64,000 bases of DNA from Lingula anatina (Eukaryota > Animalia > Brachiopoda): assembly GCA_051362555.1 (NCBI GenBank), contig CM120640.1, forward strand, positions 39,348,788-39,412,787. Direction: 5' to 3'. The position numbers and the translations under genes were made by a program. A model generated the notes under the pieces. That model searched no databases and had not been told where the DNA came from. It saw only the letters and a list, made by a program, of their open reading frames with translations. Positions 26,101-36,000 of this stretch are shown here, piece by piece (the first letter of the stretch is position 1; every line of letters starts with the position of its first letter).

Positions 26101-28676
26101 TGTTCAATTAGATTATACACAGTACAAAAAAGATGGTATCAGGACAACCCCCCCCCCCCTTTAAACAGTCCACCCTGTAATGAATATAGTTGTGAGAATG
26201 AACAATGTAATATTGAGAAAAATTATAAATGCCTGGGTATAATCAAAATGCATCTCCAGGTAGAGTAAACAGACAATCTATTGATTGTCCTCCAAGGTAT
26301 GAAAAAGGCAACTTTTAAAAACTGTTTTAAAAAACTAAATCCACATATCTACATCCCTAACGTCATTTAAAAACATCATCTATGCCATGCACAGGGTGTA
26401 TCACCCCATACATGATACAGTAAAAGGAAGGGTAGGGGACCTGCTTCTTAATTGAATATGTCCTCATTTCAGTTCCATTAAGGTTTTGGGTTCAAGCAGT
26501 TTCACTAATTCATAATGTCAAAATTTCAGAATATAATCATTATGTTGTCCTCAAACTTTTCAACACTTATGTTGAGAGAGAGAGATAGATAATACATAAA
26601 TATATAAAAAATAAAAGAAAATAAGGAACTCAAATAAGGATACATTATATATATATATTTCAGGGTACATAATTTAAAACTGCGGGCATGCTAAAATGTC
26701 CTCCATTAGTTAAATGGAGAATATATGCTCAAAGCTGAACAGAAGTGGTTCTACTACCTGCAACTGGCAAAGGTACATGCATGCAACAATAAAAAGGTAG
26801 AGCAAATGGAAGTGTTTGTGATTGGGTGGTTTCTCATGTGGCCCTTCCATTAAGAGGGACATCACAGCACTGGCACAATACTGAGTGAATCAGACTTGCC
26901 ATTGGGAGGTCCTACTGCCTGAACTGTCAAGGTAAGTTTTATCACCACATTGGCACAGTATGAAGTGAAAACTACTTGCCACTGGGAGGTTCTACTGCTT
27001 GAACTGACAAGGTAACTTTTATCACAAGGAAGAAATAATCACTGCAATTCTCACTTCAGACATGCTGAAACTGTCGGTCCGATCGGTCATGACCAACAAA
27101 ATACAGATACAGGTACAGGTGAAATGCTGTAGTCAACTTTTCAACACTGTTGATTTGTGAGAGTGAGTGAGAGAGAGAGAGACACAGAGCACAGGGCTTT
27201 GGCTCATGGGAGTTCAGTCACAACATGGAGATGCCGATGTGCAGAAAAAATTTAAATATCTTAAAAACCTGAACAACTTTAAGCAAATAATCCCCTCAGA
27301 CTGTGCTTCTAACTTAAGCGCCTGTTTTAGGTAAATGAGCTTCCAGTATCTTGTAATTAATAGCCAATACTTTTGTTTTTATTATATTTTCTGTATTCTT
27401 TCTTTTTTTTCAATAAAATATTCAAGAAATGTATAAATGCCTCAAACAGATGATTCAAAATCAGTGTATATTCTCTCTTGGGAAGGGGGTTGTCTTGGGG
27501 GGGAATCACCTGGGATAATTGTCTTTGGGGGGAAAGGGGTATTGTTCTAAAATAAAAAAAAAACAAACTTTTTACCTTGTACTTACATCTATCTGTTTTC
27601 TTCGATAATGTTCTTGTATAGAGGTCAGTGCTATGGCTGACACATCAGATTTATTTATTCATTATGCACAAGTGTATGTCTTAGCGAAAATTGTACGCCC
27701 CATATGCACTAACTTGTATGCATTAATGATATACTAACCCTGTTTATGTATGAATTATCTGGCAAGTAATAATCATCAGAATTTCCATGAAATTCAAGCT
27801 CCTGATACAGCACATAGTTGACTGCTTCAAGCACCATTTTACACTGCACTGGTTCCCATCTAGAAGACTGCACCTCTGCAAAGACAGACCAAGCTGTTCA
27901 ACTGTACCTTACAAACAGGGGAGTAGTTTTGGGAACTGCAACTGTTTTTATCTAAATTCTCAAGAAATTTTAAATTCGGTAACATGCTAAACGTATATCT
28001 GAATCTATCAAGGAAAATGAACTTTTTGAAAAGAATAATATGATATAAGGTGTGTTAAGATTTCTGCACCTACCTGTAACATCCAACAGTTCCCCTTTGC
28101 AAGCAGGATGATCCTTGAAGCGCTCACTCAATAATTTCTGGACCTTTGTTGCAATGACATCTAACTGGTCACTGACCCCATTTATTGTGATGTCAACTGT
28201 GGGCTGGCACCACTGAGCAAGTAGCACTGCACCTGTACCATTACAAAACTTTAATATCCACGGATGGGTTTCTCAAATGCTCGTATCTTCATCAAGGATT
28301 TTAACAAGAATTTTAGAGATGCATTTGAAGGCAAATTTTTGCCACAAACTTGACCAAATGCCATCATAGAGTTTGAAATAGCAGAACTTAAAAAAATGCC
28401 AAAGAGCATTGTTTCTTATTTCCCTGAAAAATTATATCTGAACAGATATTTTCTGCTTTCTTTCTGTGCAATCCTCGACTTTTTTTGGTTATTCACTTGA
28501 ATAAGCATGCAGTTTGGTTTATGACTTAGCATGTTCTTTTTTAAAAGTATAAGAAACTAGTAAAAGTGGTTCATTTTCTTTTTAGTGGGAATCCATGCTC
28601 ACTTAAATGCAACTAAAATGTCTACATACAAGACAGGAAATCAAAATTCACTATAATACAAGCAGACTGAAAAGTT

Positions 28677-28724
<48 letters not shown>

Positions 28725-30337
28725 GTTATTTGGGATACTTAATGCCCTGTGTGTCTTACCCTTTTCTAAACTCTGTCTGCTGGGTGGCTGAGATAGAAAG
28801 TTTCCCCACTCCTTTTTAAGGCGCTGTTGTTGAATAAAGCGAAGTACTTTCTCTGCATAGTATTTTTCAGTCAGATTCTTTGAGCTGTGGGTGAAAAATA
28901 TGTATCTTTTACAATTCAAACTTTTTCATTGCTTTATTCTTATAAAAAGACAGAACAGATATTAGGCTTTGAACATCTTATTTCCAAATAATATACAGGG
29001 TGTTATTTAGAGAAATATCAAAATAACGACAATGATTATGATACAAGTAAGTTATCAAGCTACAAATAATGCCAATTCAATGCTTAAAGAGAAGTTGTAC
29101 CAAGATTTGTATAACTGTATTGCACACTGTATAAAATATGCTAAAAAAGCAAAAAACAGCAAAACATCATTGGGAAAATGGTCCAATCAAGCCGATTTTC
29201 AAACTCGACAGGCATTTTCTTAATATTGATCATACTAGTAAGTGTGAAGACAACAAGTCTATCAGTTTTCTTTCAGATGTGTCATCTATATTACAGATAT
29301 TTTCTTTATATGCAGAAAAAAATAAAAACAGCATTACTTTTGTCAGGTTTCCAGGGCTGCCAAGTCATGTGAGGCATCTATATAAATGGGGGCAGCAGTC
29401 AGGCATTCAAAAGTTCATAACTCCAACATGGCAGCCCAGTGTTTGTCAGGATTTTATTGTTCAAGGAATATTTTACACCTACATTACCTATTTCCATCAT
29501 GAACAATGGTCATTAATTCATCAATTATGAAGCTTGCTCCATGTTCGTTTCCTTGCATTAGTGCTTCAAAGATCTCAAAACCTTCTTTGGAGACTTCTTC
29601 TTTGTTGAAATATTCCTGAGACATACTTCTCACTTTTTCTTTGACTCTTTTTCCAATCAGATGCCTTTTCCTGTATTCTTCCTTCCATAGGTATGACACT
29701 TTTCTGGAGTATTTGGCCAACATACCTGGCCATCTGAAAAAAAATTATACAATAATAAAAACAATGTAAATCATGACTCATGAGCGAGAGGGCATTTTCA
29801 TGGAAGTTATAATTTTTAATGTAATGACTACAAACATTTTTCCCCATTGGAATGTCTTTATCTGGTCACAGAATAACCCCTGCCCCTGGCTACGCGAAGT
29901 GTGCCAACACTCCAGGTACAGTGTAGCCACAGGGTACAGTGCATGATCCAAACTGCTGAGCTCGCCGGCTACTCTCGCTCAGGACCGCCCTTTTATTATA
30001 AGCAGTTGGCGTTCGAGGATTTACAGCGTGACCGTACCCATAGCCTAGTTTCAAAGTGTAAAATAGCACGTTTGGTTTGTATTGGCACTTACGAAAGGAA
30101 TTAGAATTTTTGCTGCATACATGTATGTACCTACCTTTGAACCAGTTTGTGCTTCCAGAGTTCGTTGCTTTCGCAGAGAGAGCGCAATGTCACACAACTG
30201 CATGCGCAATTGTTAATGTCATTAAGTCCTAACTCTTTGCATGATAAAATGTGCTCTAGTATTTCGCCAGGAAGTGACATGAGATTGACAAAACTGACAT
30301 TCTCAGGGGTAATAACATTCCGAGTTGTCTCCGCCAT
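23131..30337 (-). CDS. FBXO21: F-box only protein 21 (F-box + SirB1/transglutaminase-like + YccV-like domain), 12 exons
   Basis: Exons 30337-30135, 29733-29488, 28884-28760, 28232-28074, 27875-27739, 26033-25900, 25677-25536, 25086-24904, 24513-24400, 24178-24108, 23629-23472 and 23300-23131, phases consistent. F-box LMSLPGEILEHIL; NLTEKYYAEK; GAVLLAQWCQP; NSYINRVLETKTGIPISL; PVNFPSHFLLRW; YccV-like HKKYHYTCVIYGWD...QPFYNVLVEDGSNRYAAQENL...YPED. Confidence 0.95.
26872..27027. repeat. Two tandem 80-bp units in FBXO21 intron 5, each self-complementary
   Basis: Units start at 26872 and 26952 and share acttgcca.tgggagg(t)tctactgc.tgaactg.caaggtaa.ttttatcac. Confidence 0.8.
28678..28723. repeat. 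(TAT)n microsatellite next to the left breakpoint of the tandem duplication
   Basis: Pure TAT run. Homology to the 38.9-kb junction begins just to its right. Confidence 0.9.
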
Positions 30338-30384
30338 ACTTGAGCTCCACTGACCTTGACCTGCAGATTCAACGAGTAATGGTG

Positions 30385-30398
30385 CTGCCACCGCGCGG
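30385..30398 (-). promoter_or_regulatory. CTCF-consensus site in the FBXO21 promoter/5' region
   Basis: Minus strand CCGCGCGGTGGCAG is an exact match to CCGCGNGGNGGCAG. An identical copy lies at 39568-39581. Confidence 0.6.
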
Positions 30399-31432
30399 GT
30401 CAGACAAGCACTAAAATTCAGCAGAGGCGAAGCATACAAAATCGGGACTTGTGATATGCAAGTTATTATTCCAAACATTATTACTCAATTTGTCAATTTG
30501 AGAGAAATGCAAACTGGACATAAAAAAAATCCCCTTCGACTGTATTATCTATTTAATCTATCTTTATATCAAAACTTTATGGAAAAAACTTCATACCAAT
30601 CATTATTTGCCCACATAATGCGACCCTTTTTTTCAACCTGGCAAATTATGTGTAAGATGCCCCTATACACTGTATACATTATAGTAACTTAATTCGTGAA
30701 AAATGTCTTGATGATGATATATATATATATATATATATGCCTAATTTTGAAGACGGAAACGAGTTGGGGCGGGGGGAGGGGGTCCATGGAAAAAAAGAGA
30801 AAGTGTTTAACAGAGGCCCACAGATATTAATGGGCTGCAGGGAAATTGGGACAAGGTGCAAAGATGATTTATCCACCCCTTCTGATGTCCTGCATTGTTT
30901 AGTCAACCTAAACAAAATCTGTTAGCTCATATTTAATCAACATAAATTAAAATTTTTCATGGTGCACATGTCTTTTTGGTTATGCTTCAACTTTGTTTTG
31001 CATGGCAAGATGGCAAGCAAATTAATCTAATCAAAATTATTATCTAATATTTTTACAGAAGCATCTTGATTCTCCCCCAACCTTAATGTCACCACTCCCA
31101 CTACCTCTAAAATTTACTCTGATAATCCCTTTTTTATATATACGAAATGTACATGTATAAACATTGTCTTCAAGTGCGCCAAAAGAGATAGCAAAACCTT
31201 ATTCATATGCAGAAGATATGGATAACTCTGCTGTCTATACTGCTTAAAAACGAAAAATAGCATAAATTATTAATCAAAATATTACAATTGTGTTTAAAGT
31301 ATTTATAAATACCACGAAAACACGAAATGTAATTCAAAGTACGAACACGACTCTCTTTTATGTGAGGATCGATATAGTCCATCTTGAAGTCAACCAAGTT
31401 GGCACTGTGTTGGGCTAAAATTGACAGATGTT

Positions 31433-31750
31433 TCAGTTGATCTTTCTCTTGAAGCTGCCTATATTTTCTGTTGTATTTCTAGCATTTGTTCTGTTCTGAT
31501 CATGCCAGGATTGCCTTGTTTCACGCTTCATTTTCTCTAATTCCATCCTCAGTAATAAACTACTCCTATTTCCTGCTGTCAATGTACTGTTTGGCAAAGA
31601 CATAAGGGCCTCGATCCTAGATTTCCTTTCTGTCAGGTAATCAGTCAGTATGAAATTCAACACTACCACTACGCATATAAAGAAAAAAACTGCAAACATG
31701 TTCCTTATCCACGAACTTTCCACCACTTGCTGATTATCTGAAAAGTGCAT
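31433..31750 (-). CDS. Putative small single-pass (type II-like) membrane protein or isolated exon, copy 1, unidentified
   Basis: 105-aa ORF with a hydrophobic segment MFAVFFFICVVVVLNFIL followed by four N-x-S/T sequons. About 13 substitutions and no indels against copy 2 over 282 nt, while the flanks carry many indels. Confidence 0.4.
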   Translation of the reverse strand: MHFSDNQQVVESSWIRNMFAVFFFICVVVVLNFILTDYLTERKSRIEALMSLPNSTLTAGNRSSLLLRMELEKMKRETRQSWHDQNRTNARNTTENIGSFKRKIN

Positions 31751-32880
31751 TCTCTCTAGCTTATTCCAAAGTTATTGGGTGAATGAACTAAAATGTTGGG
31801 CAAATAAAAGCACAGCAGATATTAAATGAATGAGCCAATTAAAGTTGACTCGCTGAGATGGACTGCAACGGAGATTATCCAGTGAAAAATTGCTCTTTGT
31901 ATCAATACACACTTGGAAAATTATGTTTATGCTGATGTCATCCGTTACCCGTACCCCTTGTTCGCTTCAGTAGATCATACGACTGTTTCGTTTATTTTCA
32001 TCTGGACGAAAAGCTCTTGGTCGGTTTCTTTTTCTCCCAAGCACGTAATGCGTCGTCCAAGGAGAAACAGATTTATAGATCTTCGTCTGCCCTCGTCCTG
32101 ATCAGATTCTTCATACTTAACACGGAAATGCTTTCGCAGGATGACACTAGCTAACTGCGAACAGAACCACAACCAGCTGGGTTGGTCTACCTGATCAATG
32201 GTCAGTAAATGTATGCAAACAACTTGAAGCAATATATCCTTTCTTCCTTCTGTGTGCTGCCTTCCTATCAATACAGACGGAAGTATCTGCAAGTATGCCT
32301 TGAGACACAGTTACCCGCAGATCTCTGAGAGACACTGTATATGAAATAATTTAAAATATTTATCATACTTAAATAATTAATTGAACCATGAATGAACGTG
32401 CCTCATTGATTCCCAAGTTTTCAGATGTATGCGCATTGAGAATAGGCTGTTGGAAAAGGTAAATACCAGACTCATCTCTTTAGATGATATAAAAAACCCA
32501 CTTCCATTTTCTCTTTTTTCCCCCCAAACGTGACCTTTTATTCGCCGAAATTCTCCAGTTTTCTTGTCACAAACTGTTCCATGTGTACGGTTAATGTAAG
32601 GTCCTTTAAAACTCACTCCTCTTCTATCACCATGCCATTTCCAGAGAGACGAGTTTCCAGGGACTTCTGAAACTCTGGGCCATTATATCACTATTACAAA
32701 CGGGGCAAGTCCCAGGGTCGTATTTAACATAGGACCAAAAATCTCACTTCACCCTGATCCAGGATGAATTTGTTGCTACATGCATGTATGAAAATGTCCT
32801 GTTGTGACCAACTGACGGCGTAAAACATTCGAACCGTTTTATTCCATTCATTTATTTATTCATTTATTAATCTCTCTCTC

Positions 32881-32883
<3 letters not shown>

Positions 32884-32919
<36 letters not shown>
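32884..32919. repeat. (GT)n microsatellite
   Basis: Pure GT run upstream of astacin A; a shorter version lies at 45736-45759. Confidence 0.95.
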
Positions 32920-32922
<3 letters not shown>

Positions 32923-33034
32923 GCCCAATAACCCATTTGAACAAACTATAACTAAGATAATGTTGATTTGTCAGGACCTTCTCAGCCAGTCGTTTATTAT
33001 GTGGAGTTGGTGGTCAGTTCAGGCGACAAGCAAG

Positions 33035-36000
33035 ATGAAAGCTTTCTTAATGGTGCTGGTGTTTAGCATGGCGTCGCATGCTGTTGTAAGTTGATGTCTT
33101 CAATGAAAAGTTTCGCTGTAAGGTATTTTCTTTTGTGCACTTTCTACATTTATATTCACAGATAGATTTTGGCCTACATTTGTGTCCAATTTTTATAACA
33201 TACATGAAAGAGCGTTTATTTTTCACAATAAAGAGAGTTTTGGGATTGAGAAATTCAGTTTTATCATTACGCGTTCAAAACCTCCATAATTTCCTAAATG
33301 AGCACTGAACTTTAAGATACAGATATAGGCAAATAGTATCGTTTAAGGTGGCGATGGATTTTAATTGGATCGATCCGCATTGAAAAGGAATCTGTAAGGT
33401 GAGTCAAGATTCAGTATTTTGCATGAGAGCATTAGGCAAAGGTGACATTTTGCATTATGCATAAGGCGCAAAATAACGTGCCAATAGTAGGCCGTTATGC
33501 CAATTACATAACCTCTTTTCAATTATTTCTTGCAGGCCGTCCCCATTCTCCAGGTAGCAGGTGAAAACCCACATCCTTATTCTTGGCTTTGTCTTTTTCC
33601 TTTTTATCTTCTTGTTGAATCTCCTTTTTCCTTTCTGGTAAAGTAGCAAATCAACATTTTTCTGTTCAATAAGTTCACATTATCGAGCTTTGTCAACTTT
33701 AAATATTTAGAAAAAAAACTTTTTCGATAGATCCAAAGTTGTAATTTTACTTGATTAAAAACAAGAATAACTCCATCCTTAACTTTAAGATGCTCTCTGT
33801 TTCAGAAGCATTTGCAGACGACCGCCCTGAGTATGAGATTTCCCCAGAGGAGGCTGGTGGTGAGTAGTGTCCTAACGAAAGGTTTTTAGCATATTAAAGG
33901 CATAAAGATAGGAGTTTCGCCTTCACAATTATTTCGACTTAATTTTTGCAAGCATGTAATAGCAATATTTGTTGAAGTATACATTTTTAGCTGATGATCA
34001 CTGATTTCACTGCTGGAAAATGGAAGCATTAACAATAAAAAGGATAAATATCACTGGCATTACAGAGCTCTGTGGAAAGATCAATTTCAGCCGATTTTCT
34101 TAACACCCAGAATTGTATGTTTGTCAATCTCCACATGCTGTTCTATTTCCCTGCATTATTATGTTTTTATTTCTTTTCACATTTTTTTTGTTCAAATTAT
34201 GACATGCGTGCACTATTTAAGGGAAATTTGAGGGCGATATGGATATAGAAGCTGACATTTTTACGGTAGGTCATGTTGGTTTCTTCAAACCGTCAGACAA
34301 CAAACAAATAACACAATTGTAACAATGTCTTGGTAAAAACATCGCCACGAGCAAACTGATTTTTCTTTTAAGCATATACTATCTGGACTTTTACTGTTTC
34401 ATATGATTAACACAAAATGTTAAACCACAATTGTCCTAAATATGCCATGGCTTAATTGGAATTGATCGAATATCATTTTAATTTCTATTTTAGGATCCGA
34501 TTAACAAAATTCAACATCGTAATGCACTTACATCTACCAGCACGAGATGGCCCAACGGTCAAGTGCCCTTCGTCATCAGCAGCTGGTACAGTAAGTTGCA
34601 TTTTTAGTATATTTTAATTTTCTTACCATAAGGCTCATTATTATATGTAATTTACATGTAATATAATATCCCTTATGTTCTAATCCGTCTTTAAAACAAA
34701 CTTAATTATTTATGTCATAAACTACAACACCGATAAGAAAGTTAAGCCTCTGTCACAACTGGATGCACGAATTTTAGGACCGTATACGTCCCCTTACCTA
34801 CGAAATTTGGATACAGTGGAGGCTGGGGAGTTCGTAGAGGTAGAGGAAATGTTTCAATGGAAATGTGCAAGTCTGCCTTGCTTTTCGCAGGGGCCACGTG
34901 AGATGTCCTTTCAAGCAGCCCTGGACGCTAGTTGCAAGGTGCGATGACCGTGAAAATTGTAGGCCTACTCATTTCATGAGTTTGTTTTGCTACCTGCGCA
35001 CGTAGCGTGCACTCACCACTAATGAAGAGAAAGCAACCCACAGAGAAAGTAGCTCTGTTTTGCATCACCTTTGCTTCACACTTGCCTCACACACTTGTTT
35101 TTTCGCTCTTGTTTCAATATTCACCACACTTGTGATGACGTACTGACGTCGAATGTCAGTTTTGCCTCCTGTTCTCCCCTTCTTTCATCTTCTTTCTCCC
35201 TTCTTTTCTGCTCTCTAAGCTCCTTTTTCTTGCTTTTTGGAGCCATATTAGAAGCCGAATTGAGGGATGGCGCACGTGCGACGTATTTCCAGCTGTGTGC
35301 TTTCGACTTTGTTCGTTAGTTGTGAGGGCGTGCGCCGTACTCAACACGCAAAGGGCACGTGCTCCTCATTGTTTGCGACGTGCGTCTTGGACTAACCACG
35401 TCTTACTTCCTTACTCCTGTCGAGGGGAGCAACTTACGCTTGCCGCCTCGCTGTTCGCAGATTATTCGTAGAATCTTTTGGACATGACCAATATCCTCCG
35501 TATGCGAACTCGAAATTTCTTAGGACTTGCGTTGCACGTGAGATTTTGTGCAAAATTTGGACGCAAACAACCCGTAAGACCCCGTACGGCCTGTTGTGAC
35601 CGAGGCTTTAGGTAGCCCGCTTTTACAAGATCTTGACCCGTAAAGTTTCCACAATTGCAATGAATACATTTTTTACTTTAAGCAAAAAAAATTCAGCGCT
35701 TGCACTAAAAGTAGACGTCAATTAATCCACTTTGACAGGTTTCCTTTTTATTCGTTGCCTTCCAGCCTCCTCGGAAAAGTCCCTCATCACCAGTGCTATG
35801 AGAGAAATAGAAGAGAAGACACAAGTTGGTTCGATCAAATGCATTCGTTTTGTCAACCGATCTTCAGAGTTAGAATATATTTCAATAATACCTGACAGTG
35901 GGTAGGTTGGGTCATTTCTATACTTGAACAGCAATGAAGGGATACTTTTTTCAAACTTAAAAAAATGCTGAAATTCTTGGATTGAGTAGGGAGCTGATAA

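Noticed and set aside
31975-32292. 105-aa minus ORF upstream of the orphan TM ORF
   Set aside because: It starts at TTG, and the paralogous region (about 44640-44990) has several indels that break the frame.
32888-33034. ORF starts such as MCVCVCV and other Cys/Val, His/Thr or poly-Ile ORFs
   Set aside because: Translations of microsatellites.
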